A DNA stretch of 64,000 nt from positions 1-64,000 of IMG/VR virus record IMGVR_UViG_3300036770_008729, one strand, 5' to 3'. The position numbers and the translations under genes were made by a program. Each line of letters begins with the position of its first letter. The stretch's first letter is position 1. Positions 27,826 to 38,819 of the stretch are shown here, piece after piece. Below the pieces are notes generated by a model. It worked only from the letters and a program-made list of their open reading frames with translations. It was not told the origin of the DNA and did no database searches.

Positions 27826-29994
27826 ATGAATAAACTAGATTCACAAGAAAACTATCTTAAAAATGTTCCTAATATCAAGGCCGCATTAGAGGATGATGAT
27901 GAAGATGATGGGAAATCATTTTCAGGTAAGAAACCTGACAGTAAATCTAAAACACCTGTGTTAGATACATTCAGTCGCGATTTAACAAAAATGGCTGAAG
28001 AAGGTAAATTAGATCCTATTGTTGGACGTGAAAAAGAAATCGAGCGTGTTTCTCAAATTCTTTCTCGTAGAAAAAAGAATAATCCAATTTTAATTGGTGA
28101 GCCTGGTGTTGGTAAGTCTTCTATTGCTGAAGGATTAGCACTTAGAATTGTCCAGCGTAAAGTTAGTAGAATTCTTTATAACAAAAGAGTAGTTATGCTT
28201 GACTTAGCTTCAATGGTTGCTGGTACTAAATACCGTGGTCAATTTGAGGAAAGAGTTAAAGCTCTTATGGCTGAACTTGAAAAAGAGCCTAATATTATTC
28301 TTTTCATAGATGAAATTCATACTATGATTGGTGCAGGTGGAGCTTCTGGTTCATTAGATGCCTCAAATATGTTCAAACCAGCATTAGCTCGTGGTGAAAT
28401 TCAAATCATTGGTGCTACTACTTTAGATGAATATCGTAAACATATTGAAAAAGATGGTGCTTTAGAAAGAAGATTTCAAAAAGTTATGGTTGAACCAGCT
28501 TCTCCAGAAGAAACTTTACAAATCATTTCTAACATTAAAGATAAGTATGAGTTACATCACAATGTTACTTATACTGAAGATGCGATTAAAGCTTGTGTTG
28601 ATTTAACAAGTCGATATATGTCTGATCGTTTCTTACCAGATAAGGCTATTGATGCTTTAGATGAGGCTGGTTCTAGAGTTCATATTTCAAATATTGTAGT
28701 TCCTAAAGAAATCACAGATATTGAAAATAAAATTGTAGATATCAAAGATAAAAAGAATGAAGTAATTCGTTCTCAAAAGTATGAAGAAGCTGCTAAATTA
28801 AGAGATGTTGAAAGACAATTAAATGAATCTTTAGAAACTGCTAGAAAAGCTTGGGAAGAAGACTCTTCTAAAAACAGACAAACTGTTACAGAAGATAATG
28901 TTGCTGAAGTTGTTTCTATGATGACTGGTATTCCTTTACAAAAAGTAACTCTTAATGAAACTAACAAGTTAGGTAAAATGCAGGAGTCTATTATTGGTAA
29001 AGTAATTGGTCAAGATGAGGCTGTTAAAAAGATTGTTAAAGCTATCCAAAGAGGTCGTGTTGGTCTTAAAGATCCAAACAAACCAATTGGTTCATTTATG
29101 TTCTTAGGACCCACAGGTGTAGGTAAAACACAATTGGCTAAGGTATTGGCTAAGTATCTATTTGATTCAGAAGATTCTTTAATTAGAATTGATATGTCTG
29201 AGTATATGGAAAAATTCGCAGTGTCTCGATTAATTGGAGCTCCTCCAGGATATGTTGGACATGATGAAGGTGGTCAATTAACTGAAAAAGTTAGACGTAA
29301 ACCTTATTCAGTTATTCTACTTGATGAAATTGAGAAAGCTCATCCAGAGGTGTTTAACTTATTACTTCAAGTTTTAGATGATGGTCAATTAACTGATTCA
29401 TTGGGTAGAAAGGTTAATTTCAAAAACTCAATTATTATTATGACTTCTAATACAGGTTCACGTCAATTAAAAGATTTTGGAACTGGTGTTGGTTTCTCTA
29501 CTAAGAACAGAGTAGCGAAAGGACAAGAAGAGTCAAATGCTGTTATTGATAAGGAATTAAAAAAGAAGTTTTCGCCAGAATTCTTAAACCGTATTGATGA
29601 TGTTGTAATGTTTAACTCTCTTGTAAAAGAAGACATTAATAAAATTATTGAAATTGAGTTAAGAAAGTTAGTAAATCGTGTTGAAGAAATGGAATACACT
29701 TTAGATATCTCAACAGAAGCTGTTGATTATATCGCATCTGAAGGATTTGATCCAGAATATGGAGCAAGACCTTTGAAAAGAGCTATTCAACGATTGGTTG
29801 AAGATGTTTTAACTGAAGAGATTATACAATCTAATCCTTCAAAAGGATCTAAACTTTCTTTAACTTATAATAAGGAAGAAGATAAGATGATTGTGGAAAT
29901 CACATCAGATGAGCCTAAAAAAGAAATTGTAGAAGAAGCTAAGATTGTTAAGAAAAAAGCACCTAAAAAGAAAGATGATAAAGACGATAAGTAA
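27826..29994 (+). CDS. clpC: ClpC-type Hsp100 AAA+ ATPase lacking the N-terminal Clp-repeat domain
   Basis: GEPGVGKS / LFIDEIH (NBD1); UVR-type middle domain [12 protein letters not shown]; GPTGVGKT / [10 protein letters not shown] (NBD2); [11 protein letters not shown]. Confidence 0.93.
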   Translation: MNKLDSQENYLKNVPNIKAALEDDDEDDGKSFSGKKPDSKSKTPVLDTFSRDLTKMAEEGKLDPIVGREKEIERVSQILSRRKKNNPILIGEPGVGKSSIAEGLALRIVQRKVSRILYNKRVVMLDLASMVAGTKYRGQFEERVKALMAELEKEPNIILFIDEIHTMIGAGGASGSLDASNMFKPALARGEIQIIGATTLDEYRKHIEKDGALERRFQKVMVEPASPEETLQIISNIKDKYELHHNVTYTEDAIKACVDLTSRYMSDRFLPDKAIDALDEAGSRVHISNIVVPKEITDIENKIVDIKDKKNEVIRSQKYEEAAKLRDVERQLNESLETARKAWEEDSSKNRQTVTEDNVAEVVSMMTGIPLQKVTLNETNKLGKMQESIIGKVIGQDEAVKKIVKAIQRGRVGLKDPNKPIGSFMFLGPTGVGKTQLAKVLAKYLFDSEDSLIRIDMSEYMEKFAVSRLIGAPPGYVGHDEGGQLTEKVRRKPYSVILLDEIEKAHPEVFNLLLQVLDDGQLTDSLGRKVNFKNSIIIMTSNTGSRQLKDFGTGVGFSTKNRVAKGQEESNAVIDKELKKKFSPEFLNRIDDVVMFNSLVKEDINKIIEIELRKLVNRVEEMEYTLDISTEAVDYIASEGFDPEYGARPLKRAIQRLVEDVLTEEIIQSNPSKGSKLSLTYNKEEDKMIVEITSDEPKKEIVEEAKIVKKKAPKKKDDKDDK

Positions 29995-30009
29995 AAATCA
30001 TTAGTCTAA

Positions 30010-30046
30010 AAAAAAGAGAGAGAGTATAAACTTTCTCTCTTTTTTA
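30010..30046 (+). terminator. Intrinsic terminator
   Basis: AAAAGAGAGAGAG-TATAAA-CTTTCTCTCTTTT plus T-run. Confidence 0.75.
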
Positions 30047-30097
30047 TTTTAAACTATTGGTGGTATATAGACTATAAGATAAAAAGTATTTTATTAT

Positions 30098-30799
30098 ATG
30101 ATACATATACTATGGTGCACTTTAAGACCTGCACAATTCAAATCATCACATACGGAATGGTTGAAAAGAGCTGATAATCCTGAAAATATACAAACTTATG
30201 TTGCTGTAAACTGGCATCAACATGCAAATGAACTCAGAGATTATTTGAAAAATAATTTTATGATAACTTTAGATACTAATAAAATTGGTGTTTGTTATCC
30301 ATCATATCAGTTATCTTCAAATCTTGGTGTAAAAATGGGTAAATGTGAAGATTCTGATATTGTAGTTTTTGCGTCTGATGATTTTATGGCTCCTCAAAGT
30401 TGGGACACATACCTCATAAACAAATTCAATGGTAAAGAAGATTGTGGACTTATGGTTAGAGATGGTTATCAAAAACCAGACTCTTCTAATATGTTACATC
30501 CGGCTATCACAATTCCAATTATGACTTATGGTTGTTTGAAAAAGTTAAACATGACAATTTATCATCCAGCTTATAATCATATGTTTTCAGATTGTGAATT
30601 GTATAATAATCTAAAAGATTTGAATTTACTATATGATGATAGGCTCAACGATGAGACTACATTTGAACATCTTCATTATGCTGCTGGTAAAAGAAAGGCT
30701 GACCAGGCAGACCAAGCTTATAATGCTAAATGGAAAGATGATGAAGCAACTTGGAATAAAAGAAAGATTCTCACTGTTGAGGAAAGAATAAAAATCTAA
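30098..30799 (+). CDS. GT-A fold (GT2-like) glycosyltransferase
   Basis: IVVFASDDF (DxD-like), HPAYNHMFSDCEL, FEHLHY. Confidence 0.7.
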   Translation: MIHILWCTLRPAQFKSSHTEWLKRADNPENIQTYVAVNWHQHANELRDYLKNNFMITLDTNKIGVCYPSYQLSSNLGVKMGKCEDSDIVVFASDDFMAPQSWDTYLINKFNGKEDCGLMVRDGYQKPDSSNMLHPAITIPIMTYGCLKKLNMTIYHPAYNHMFSDCELYNNLKDLNLLYDDRLNDETTFEHLHYAAGKRKADQADQAYNAKWKDDEATWNKRKILTVEERIKI

Positions 30800-30804
30800 A
30801 ATAA

Positions 30805-31518
30805 ATGTGTATTATAACAACTATAAATCCTTATGGTAATTTTGATGCTCAAAAGGAAGCAATTTCATCTTGGACTTCTAAGTTCCCTGTTTATTCTGTG
30901 AATACTAAGTTAGAAATTGAGATTGCTAAGCCTCTTTATCCAGATGTAAAATTTATAGAAACTGATAATACTTTTCAGTATAATAAAAAGACACTTATAA
31001 AGCTTTCCGCAATTTTGCAATCTGCAAAACAAATAGATTCTAATTTTATTGCTATTATAAATTCCGATATAATATTAAGTGATAAAATCAAAGATATTTT
31101 TATCAATAAATATTTAAATGATGGTATTATAATTGGTACTAGATGGGAGTTAGATGAAAGTAAATCAGAAATATATCCATTCAAATCAGGATATGATATA
31201 TTTATTTTTTCAAAGAAGTATATAGATCTTTTTAATAATATAAAGTATGTTATAGGCTTACCTTGGTGGGACTTTTATATTCCACTTATTGCGATAAAAT
31301 CTGGACTGAATGTTTATCATATTAAAAATAAAGTAATTTTTCACAGAACTCACACTACCAATTATGATGATGAAGTTTGGATTAAGTTTGGTGAATTTCT
31401 ATATCAAGATATTATGGTATCTCTTATGAAAAATAATATGAATATAGGATTGTTAGATTTTTGTAGAGGTACTAAGTCATTTATTGAAAAAAAACAAATT
31501 GATATTAAATTAAAATGA
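30805..31518 (+). CDS. Putative GT-A glycosyltransferase
   Basis: IAIINSDII, GYDIFIF, IGLPWWD; cluster context. Confidence 0.55.
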   Translation: MCIITTINPYGNFDAQKEAISSWTSKFPVYSVNTKLEIEIAKPLYPDVKFIETDNTFQYNKKTLIKLSAILQSAKQIDSNFIAIINSDIILSDKIKDIFINKYLNDGIIIGTRWELDESKSEIYPFKSGYDIFIFSKKYIDLFNNIKYVIGLPWWDFYIPLIAIKSGLNVYHIKNKVIFHRTHTTNYDDEVWIKFGEFLYQDIMVSLMKNNMNIGLLDFCRGTKSFIEKKQIDIKLK

Positions 31519-32342
31519 AAAATAAAATTAAAATAGATTTCTCAGATTTTTGGGGTGGATTTGATAAGACAAATAACTATTTTTATAATTTATTAAAAGA
31601 CGAATTTGATGTGGAGATTTCTAATAACCCTGATTATCTTATCTTTTCGGTTTTTGGCAATAATCATCAAAGATATAGTTGTAAAAAGATTTTTTATACA
31701 GGTGAAAATGTTGCACCACCACTTGGATATTGCCAATGGTCTTTTTCTTTTGACTGCTTAGATGATTCAAGAAATTATAGATTACCTCACTATTTATTAT
31801 ATGATGGTTACTATGAATTAGCTAGACCTAAAATTATTGATGAAAGTATGGCTATTAGAAAGTTTTGTAATTTTGTAGCATCAAATGGTAATTGTAAAGA
31901 AAGAAATGATTTTGTTACTAAATTATCTAAATATAAAAAGGTAGATTCTGGTGGTAGATGGATGAATAATATTGGATATGTTGTTTCTGATAAAAGAAAG
32001 TTTCAATCAGAATATAAATTCTCAATTGCTTTTGAGAATGATGCTTATAGACCTGGATATGAATGGTATATAACTGAAAAGATAATGGATCCAATGACGG
32101 TAAATTCTATACCTATCTATAAAGGTGGTAGTAAAATTGACAAAGATTTTAATACTAATTCATTTATAAATTGTCATAATTTTTCAAGTGCTGAGGAAGT
32201 TATTGACCGTATTATTGAGTTAGATAAAGATGATAATAAATATTTATCTATGTTAAACCAACATTGGTTTAATGACTATAATATTCCTGATAATAACAAA
32301 TTAGAAAATATAAAATCTTTTTTGTATAAAATTTTTAATTAA
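31515..32342 (+). CDS. GT10 (alpha-1,3-fucosyltransferase-like) glycosyltransferase
   Basis: KIFYTGEN, FCNFVASN, VDSGG, YKFSIAFEN....YITEKI.D......IPIY.G. Confidence 0.88.
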   Translation: MKNKIKIDFSDFWGGFDKTNNYFYNLLKDEFDVEISNNPDYLIFSVFGNNHQRYSCKKIFYTGENVAPPLGYCQWSFSFDCLDDSRNYRLPHYLLYDGYYELARPKIIDESMAIRKFCNFVASNGNCKERNDFVTKLSKYKKVDSGGRWMNNIGYVVSDKRKFQSEYKFSIAFENDAYRPGYEWYITEKIMDPMTVNSIPIYKGGSKIDKDFNTNSFINCHNFSSAEEVIDRIIELDKDDNKYLSMLNQHWFNDYNIPDNNKLENIKSFLYKIFN

Positions 32343-32347
32343 AACTA

Positions 32348-33007
32348 ATGGAAATCTTTCACCGATTTATACAAATTATCGAGTCAGTCGATAAACCTGT
32401 TATATTTGAATTTGGTACTTGTGATGGTCAACATACTAATGTAATGTGTAGTATTCTTAAACAATTAAGAAAAAACTTCACTTATCATGCCTTTGAAGCT
32501 GATTATAGAATTATACCGTCATTTAATCGAGTCAATAATAATCATCTCAATGAGATTAAACTTGTTCATGGTGCAATAGGTAATAATGACGGAACTGTTA
32601 AAATTCATTTATCTGGAGGTGAAGAAAAAAGAGAAGGCCACTTCAAACAATCTTTTTACGGTTCATCTTCTATAAGAAAGCCTAAGAAGACATTAGAGTA
32701 TTGGCCAGACATGACTTTTGAAGAGTCTGAGGTAACTTGTTATAAATTTGATACTTACTTCAATGATAACAAAATTAAGACTATAGATTTTATATGGGCT
32801 GATATTCAGGGTGCCGAAGGAGACTTAATTGATGGTGGTCAATTAGCATTGGCTAACACAAGATATCTTTATACTGAGTACTCTAATGATGAGTTATATG
32901 AGGGAGAAATTGGATTGAAAGAAATACTTGACAGACTTCCTGGTCAATGGTCGGTTGTAGAAGATTATGGTTCTGATGTTCTATTAAAAAATGAATCTTT
33001 TAAATAA
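32348..33007 (+). CDS. FkbM family methyltransferase
   Basis: IFEFGTCDG, AFEAD, GSSSI, IDFIWADIQGAE, YLYTEY. Confidence 0.85.
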   Translation: MEIFHRFIQIIESVDKPVIFEFGTCDGQHTNVMCSILKQLRKNFTYHAFEADYRIIPSFNRVNNNHLNEIKLVHGAIGNNDGTVKIHLSGGEEKREGHFKQSFYGSSSIRKPKKTLEYWPDMTFEESEVTCYKFDTYFNDNKIKTIDFIWADIQGAEGDLIDGGQLALANTRYLYTEYSNDELYEGEIGLKEILDRLPGQWSVVEDYGSDVLLKNESFK

Positions 33008-33648
33008 TGAAACTTTATACAATTTATTCGCCTTCTCATAAAACTTTATATGAGAATCATTTTCTAAAGAGTTTACCAAATGAATTTGAATTAAAGTCAC
33101 TTGAAATAGAACAGGAATGTCCTACTGGTGAATTCTATAAAGAGGGTTGGTCTAAAACTTGTTATAGAAAAGTAGAATACTTTGAACAAGCTTGTATAGA
33201 ATCTCAAGGTGAAATCTTTGTTTTTTCTGATGTTGATATACAATTCTTCGATAACATAAAGGATGTATTAATTGAAGAACTTGGAGATGCAGATATTGCT
33301 TGTCAGAATGATACGGGTCATTACTATTGTTCTGGTTTTTTTATTTGTCGAGCAAATGAAAGAACTTTGAATATGTTTAGACAGATGAAAATTAATTATC
33401 ATCTTGAAGACCAGACAACGTTAAATAAACATATTCATATGGTTAATTCAAAGTTTTTATCAAATAAATTTTTTACTATTGGTCATTTATTGCATAGAGC
33501 TTGGAAAGGAGAATATTTTCAAATTAATTATCCGATTTTAGTTCATCATGCTAATTGGGTAGAGGGAATTGATAATAAAATAAAATTATTAGAAATAGTT
33601 AGAAAAAAAATAGAAATTAATGAATACCTATCAAATCTACCTAAATGA
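33007..33648 (+). CDS. Nucleotide-diphospho-sugar transferase (GT77-like)
   Basis: FVFSDVDIQFF, CSGFF, DQTTLN, HHANW..G...KI. Confidence 0.75.
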   Translation: MKLYTIYSPSHKTLYENHFLKSLPNEFELKSLEIEQECPTGEFYKEGWSKTCYRKVEYFEQACIESQGEIFVFSDVDIQFFDNIKDVLIEELGDADIACQNDTGHYYCSGFFICRANERTLNMFRQMKINYHLEDQTTLNKHIHMVNSKFLSNKFFTIGHLLHRAWKGEYFQINYPILVHHANWVEGIDNKIKLLEIVRKKIEINEYLSNLPK

Positions 33649-34483
33649 AAAATTTTCACAGTTTAGACCAAGTCCTAAATATCCTACTTATCCTCCATAT
33701 CACGAAGGTTTTTATTTAGAAGATTATTTCTTTGATTGGTTTACAAAAAATAATATTGAAACAGAAAGATATTTGATTCCTGTTTTTTGGACAACTTGTT
33801 ATGTTGATAATTGTTTTAGTGGATTACAAGAAGTGATTAATACATTGGATCCTAATCTTAAATACTTTACCGTAGCTCAGCATGATGATGCTATCAGAGA
33901 AAAATTACCACCAGATACAATTTGTTTTAATGCGGGTGGAAATGGTGGTGGTATTCCTATACCACTTGTTTGTTCTCCTATAAAAGATGAAGTAAAACCT
34001 AAATTGAATAAAGATATATTTTGCTCTTTTGTTGGATCAGTAACTCATCCTATAAGAAACCTAATGTATAGTAGCTTACATAAAAATTCAAAGTATATAA
34101 TATATGGTAAGCAATGGACATCATCTGTTTCTGATAGTGACTTTAATAACTTTATTACATTAACATCTAGAAGTGTATTTTCTCTTTGTCCAAGAGGATA
34201 TGGTAGAAGTTCATTTAGGCTTTATGAAGTTATGCAATTAGGATCAATACCAGTTTTCATTTATGATTATAAATGGTGTCCATTTGAAGATGAAATAGAC
34301 TGGAATGAGTTTTGTGTTTTGATTGATTCAAATAACATTCAAAATATTGATAATATTCTATCTAGTTATAGTGCTGATAAAATAAAACAAATGCAAGATA
34401 ATTTGTATAATTATTGGAGTCAGAACTTCACTATGCGGTCAATATGTGAAAAAATAATTAAAAAAATATTAAAAATATATTAA
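33620..34483 (+). CDS. Exostosin-like (GT47) glycosyltransferase
   Basis: CSFVGS, SVFSLCPRGYGRSSFRLYEVMQLGSIPVFI. Confidence 0.85.
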   Translation: MNTYQIYLNEKFSQFRPSPKYPTYPPYHEGFYLEDYFFDWFTKNNIETERYLIPVFWTTCYVDNCFSGLQEVINTLDPNLKYFTVAQHDDAIREKLPPDTICFNAGGNGGGIPIPLVCSPIKDEVKPKLNKDIFCSFVGSVTHPIRNLMYSSLHKNSKYIIYGKQWTSSVSDSDFNNFITLTSRSVFSLCPRGYGRSSFRLYEVMQLGSIPVFIYDYKWCPFEDEIDWNEFCVLIDSNNIQNIDNILSSYSADKIKQMQDNLYNYWSQNFTMRSICEKIIKKILKIY

Positions 34484-34489
34484 AAATTA

Positions 34490-35200
34490 ATGAACAAATT
34501 ATTCAGTGAAATAGAAATAACAGAGATTTATAAAAATTATGTTTATAAAGATGATAGTTATTATAAAAAATTTGAAAGTTTACCATTTGAACTTAATAAT
34601 AAAAATTGGAAATGGGAAGGTAAAGACTTTCCCAGAATATGGTGTGTATTAGATTTTCAAGAATGGATGCATAAGCATAATTTAAAACATTTTAATAAAG
34701 TTTTATCAAATCAACCAGCATCATATCTATCAACTAATTTATCTGATCCTGAACTCGAGTATATAACGTGGAATACAATAGATTTTATTCCATATAGTAA
34801 TGGAAATAATGATTTTCATACACTTGACTTAGTTGAAAAAAATTATGATTTTATAATTTTTAATCAAACACTTGAGCATCTTTATAATCCTTTTCTTTCC
34901 GTTGAAAGAATATATAATCATCTTAAACCTGGTGGATTTTTATTTACTAGCGTTCCAACTATTAATATACCACATATGACACCATTTCATTTCAATGGAT
35001 TGACTCCTATGGGTTTATGTATGCTAATGAAGTCGGTGGGTTTTGAAATTGTTGAGTTGGGATTTTGGGGAAATGTTGATTATATTAAATATATTTTTGA
35101 AACTGGAAATTGGCCAGATTATAGAGATTTAATGAGAGATAATATTATAACAAATGAAAGAGATAAAAATGCTCAGTGTTGGATATTAGTAAAAAAATAA
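34490..35200 (+). CDS. Class I SAM-dependent methyltransferase-like protein
   Basis: YDFIIFNQTLEHLYNP....ERIYNHLKPGGFLF..VP. Confidence 0.75.
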   Translation: MNKLFSEIEITEIYKNYVYKDDSYYKKFESLPFELNNKNWKWEGKDFPRIWCVLDFQEWMHKHNLKHFNKVLSNQPASYLSTNLSDPELEYITWNTIDFIPYSNGNNDFHTLDLVEKNYDFIIFNQTLEHLYNPFLSVERIYNHLKPGGFLFTSVPTINIPHMTPFHFNGLTPMGLCMLMKSVGFEIVELGFWGNVDYIKYIFETGNWPDYRDLMRDNIITNERDKNAQCWILVKK

Positions 35201-35206
35201 CAGATT

Positions 35207-35962
35207 ATGAAAAAGTATTTAATGGTTATTGCTAAATATAAAGATTGGAGGCAAGATTTTTTTGAAACTCACATGTCACCTAGAAATAAAGAATATTGTG
35301 AATTGCATAATTTTGAATATATTGAAATTACAGGTGATTTAGAATTATTTAGAGGAAATCCAACTTGGTGGAAATTCACAATTGTTAGAGATATGATAAA
35401 CTCTGGTAAATTAAAAGATGGTGATATTATAACACATTTAGATGCTGATATGGCTATCTATGATTTGTCAATAGATTACTCAACTAAAAAGTCATTTTCA
35501 TACTCTATAGATTCGGGTAATACTCATTGTATGGGAAGCTATAGTATTAAAATCAATGATTGGTCAAAAAAAATGATAGATTTAATTTTGGATGAAGAAA
35601 GATTTCAAATTTTCAAAAATAAAAGATCTATACATCCTGTTGTTGGTAATTGGTGTTTTTGGGATTGGTTTAGAGAACAAGCTTCTTGGTATTCTTTAGC
35701 TGGAATTAAAAATCATTCTTGGGAACCATTTTTTAATTTACCAAATTTTGGATGGAATTCTGATGTAGATGAATATACAGTCTATAGTATTGAAGAGTTG
35801 AATGAACATGTTGAGGTATTACCAACTAGTTGGAATGTAACTGAAATGGAAGGAGAATCCTCTTGTCAATATCTAATTAATAAAGTTGATAAACAAGATG
35901 TTTTTATTAGGCACTTTGCTGGTGGACAACCTTGGAGAAAAGAATGGTTTGAAAAAAAATAA
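35207..35962 (+). CDS. GT34 (GMA12/MNN10-like) glycosyltransferase
   Basis: YC..H.FEY, WWKF, HLDADM, REQAS, HFAG. Confidence 0.7.
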   Translation: MKKYLMVIAKYKDWRQDFFETHMSPRNKEYCELHNFEYIEITGDLELFRGNPTWWKFTIVRDMINSGKLKDGDIITHLDADMAIYDLSIDYSTKKSFSYSIDSGNTHCMGSYSIKINDWSKKMIDLILDEERFQIFKNKRSIHPVVGNWCFWDWFREQASWYSLAGIKNHSWEPFFNLPNFGWNSDVDEYTVYSIEELNEHVEVLPTSWNVTEMEGESSCQYLINKVDKQDVFIRHFAGGQPWRKEWFEKK

Positions 35963-35972
35963 TTTAGAAAAA

Positions 35973-36590
35973 ATGAAAAAAGTATTTATAGATGGAGGTA
36001 CAAATCTTTGTCAAGGTTTAAGTCAAATAATGAAAATTCACAATATGGATGAAAGTTGGATAATATATTCATTTGAAGTTAATCCGAATACATTTAATTC
36101 TATAGATAAATCAAAATTTTCCAATGTCACTTTCATAAACAAAGGATTGTGGTCAGAAAATTGTATTAAGTTATTAACAACTGAAATTGTTCCTGGTAGA
36201 CTTGATGGTATACATAGTGAATTTTTGATTGATAAAGATATGAGTGATAAGCCTGTTGGTGGAGCTTCCAATGTAATTGGTGATGAATGGATAAAACCTA
36301 TGTTTGTTCCTGATGAATATATTAATACCTCATCCAATGAGGTTGAGTGTATTGATTTTTCAGAATTCATAAAAAATAATTTTGACAAATCTGACCATAT
36401 AGTTCTCAAATTGGATGTTGAGGGTGCGGAATATCCTATCTTAAAAAAAATGATTCAGGATGGAACTATTGATTACATAAATGAGATGTATGTAGAATGG
36501 CATCAACGATTACTTAAAGTAGATCACAATGAATCAGAACTTAGAAAAAATATTGAGAGTAGAAATATAAAAATTAATGATTGGAATTAA
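35973..36590 (+). CDS. FkbM family methyltransferase
   Basis: MKKVFIDGGTNLCQG, SFEVNP, IVLKLDVEGAEY, MYVEWH; track start 35886 overlaps the upstream gene. Confidence 0.82.
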   Translation: MKKVFIDGGTNLCQGLSQIMKIHNMDESWIIYSFEVNPNTFNSIDKSKFSNVTFINKGLWSENCIKLLTTEIVPGRLDGIHSEFLIDKDMSDKPVGGASNVIGDEWIKPMFVPDEYINTSSNEVECIDFSEFIKNNFDKSDHIVLKLDVEGAEYPILKKMIQDGTIDYINEMYVEWHQRLLKVDHNESELRKNIESRNIKINDWN

Positions 36591-36605
36591 AAATAATAAA
36601 TAAGT

Positions 36606-37295
36606 ATGTTAAATATTAAAGATGTTTATATAATACACTATACAAAATTAGAAAATAGAAGAAATAAAATTTTTGAACAGTTTGATAATATAACTCAAAA
36701 TTTAAATTTTATAAATGATTTTGACCAAGAAGAACTAAGTCAGGATATTATAAATGACTTTTATTACCCTTCAGATGAAGAGTGGGATAAAAAAGTAACC
36801 CCATTGTGGAATCGTAATTTACACAGACCAAGAATTTTAAATATAGCAGAAATTTCTTGTACTATAAAGCATATAATTGCTATTGAAGAAGTTGCAAAAA
36901 AAGGAGATGCCTTAATAATCGAAGATGATTTAATCATAAAAGATAATTTTGTTCATGAATTTAATAATGTAATTGAAAACCTACCAAATGATTGGGATGT
37001 CATAATGATTGGTAAGGGATGTAATATGACTGCCAAAAATATAATACCCGGAAAGACACTTTATAAACAGAGTCATCCAGCAACAAGATGTTTGGATTCT
37101 TATTTATTAAGTCAAAATGCAGCAATTAAAATTTCAAAAACAATAAAGCCTTTCCAATTAGTTTCTGATTGGGAATTGGCCTATCATCTTTATTTACATG
37201 ATTTAAATGTATATTGGCTCGAACCATCTCCTTGTTTCCAAGGTTCTGAAAAGGGAATTTATAAATCCACTTTAGATTTTGGAAATAATAGATAA
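36606..37295 (+). CDS. GT25 family glycosyltransferase
   Basis: YIIHY..L..RR, EISC..KH, LIIEDD, LP.DWD. Confidence 0.8.
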   Translation: MLNIKDVYIIHYTKLENRRNKIFEQFDNITQNLNFINDFDQEELSQDIINDFYYPSDEEWDKKVTPLWNRNLHRPRILNIAEISCTIKHIIAIEEVAKKGDALIIEDDLIIKDNFVHEFNNVIENLPNDWDVIMIGKGCNMTAKNIIPGKTLYKQSHPATRCLDSYLLSQNAAIKISKTIKPFQLVSDWELAYHLYLHDLNVYWLEPSPCFQGSEKGIYKSTLDFGNNR

Positions 37296-37309
37296 AAAAA
37301 ATAATACTT

Positions 37310-38209
37310 ATGAAAATTGGATTTTTAGATTTTTGGCATGATTTTGATGTGAATAATAATTTCTTTTATCACATGATGAAAACATTAAAAGAAAATGTCA
37401 CAGTTTCTTCTCCAGAAGATTGTGATATTTTATTTTTTTCTTGTTATGGTAGTAATAATAATTTGCCACAATTTCAAAATAAAAAAAGGATCTTTTATAC
37501 TGGTGAAAATTTAAGACCGGTTTATGATAATAATGTAATTAGAAATCCACATAATTTTACTGGTAGATGTGACATTTCATTATCTTTTGATTTTGAAGAA
37601 TACGATGGTAGAAATATTAGATTACCACTTTGGTTATTGCAAATTGATTGGTATAATAAAGTTACTTTTAGAAATCCCAAATTTATGATTCCTTATGAAC
37701 AGATTTATAAAAATAAATTTTATGATAAATCAAAAGATAAATTCTGTTGTATGGTATTTAATTCAACATCACCACATAGATATGAGATATTAGAAAAGTT
37801 ATCAAAATATAAAAGTGTTGACTGTTTTGGAAAACCTTTTGGTAATTGGTTTGATGGTGAAGATACTAAATTAGATATAATATCAAATTATAAATTTAAT
37901 ATTTGTTTTGAGAATTCAATACATCCTGGTTATTACACTGAGAAGCCAATTCATGCTAAAGTGGCTGGTTGTGTGCCGATATATTGGTCTGATAATCATA
38001 TGTCAAAAGACTTTAACGAAAAGGCATTTATAAATTTATCAAACTATAATAGTTTAGATGATTTAGTGGAATATATTATAGAAGTAGATAAGAATGAAGA
38101 TAAATACAATCAGATAAGAAATGAAAAGTTATTCAATGAATATCAAGACCCACAAATTGTATTTGAACAAATAATTAATAAAATAAAAGAAAAGATAAAT
38201 GAATTATAA
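37310..38209 (+). CDS. Second GT10 glycosyltransferase
   Basis: RIFYTGEN, FCCMVFN, YKFNICFENS..PGYYTEK. Confidence 0.88.
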   Translation: MKIGFLDFWHDFDVNNNFFYHMMKTLKENVTVSSPEDCDILFFSCYGSNNNLPQFQNKKRIFYTGENLRPVYDNNVIRNPHNFTGRCDISLSFDFEEYDGRNIRLPLWLLQIDWYNKVTFRNPKFMIPYEQIYKNKFYDKSKDKFCCMVFNSTSPHRYEILEKLSKYKSVDCFGKPFGNWFDGEDTKLDIISNYKFNICFENSIHPGYYTEKPIHAKVAGCVPIYWSDNHMSKDFNEKAFINLSNYNSLDDLVEYIIEVDKNEDKYNQIRNEKLFNEYQDPQIVFEQIINKIKEKINEL

Positions 38210-38819
38210 AATTTTATTTACCGGAGATAGCCATGCTGTTCACTGTTTTTCAAATGGTATATCTGATGTATTATATTTAAGAGATATTACTTTTAACAAG
38301 ATTAGAAAATTGAATTCATCATTGACTTTAAAAGATATGGGCTTTGATGATAAAGATAAATGTCATGTCTATGACATTTCAGAAAATGGTGAAGACTTTA
38401 TAGATATGGTAAATAATATTGATTATGATTATATTTTGTTATCAATTGGTGAAATAGATATTAGATTTCATAATTCAAAATTGATAGACCAAAATATATT
38501 TATTAACACTTTAGATCATTATAAGAAGTTTCTTCTAAAGATTAATAAGAAATTAATCATAATGTCAATACTTCCACCTTCAGATAGACACAACTCAGCA
38601 ATTCCTGATAGAATTAAATTGACTAAGGCAATAAACTATGAGCTTAATAAATTTTGTCAAGATAACAATTTTATTTTTTTTGATATAAACTCAGATTTTA
38701 ATTTAAATGATAAGTTGAATATCAGTATGTCTGATGGTGGTGTTCATGTTAATAAAATATATCAAACAAACATAATAGAAAAGTTAAATAAAGTATTATA
38801 TGAGAATAGCCTTTTGTAA
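38199..38819 (+). CDS. SGNH/GDSL hydrolase-like protein
   Basis: FTGDSH (block I), GEID, DGGVH (DxxH-like). Confidence 0.7.
   Translation: MNYKILFTGDSHAVHCFSNGISDVLYLRDITFNKIRKLNSSLTLKDMGFDDKDKCHVYDISENGEDFIDMVNNIDYDYILLSIGEIDIRFHNSKLIDQNIFINTLDHYKKFLLKINKKLIIMSILPPSDRHNSAIPDRIKLTKAINYELNKFCQDNNFIFFDINSDFNLNDKLNISMSDGGVHVNKIYQTNIIEKLNKVLYENSLL

Noticed and set aside
27826-29994. Intein or intron in ClpC or other core genes
   Set aside because: Domain spacing is continuous; no intein or homing-endonuclease motifs seen
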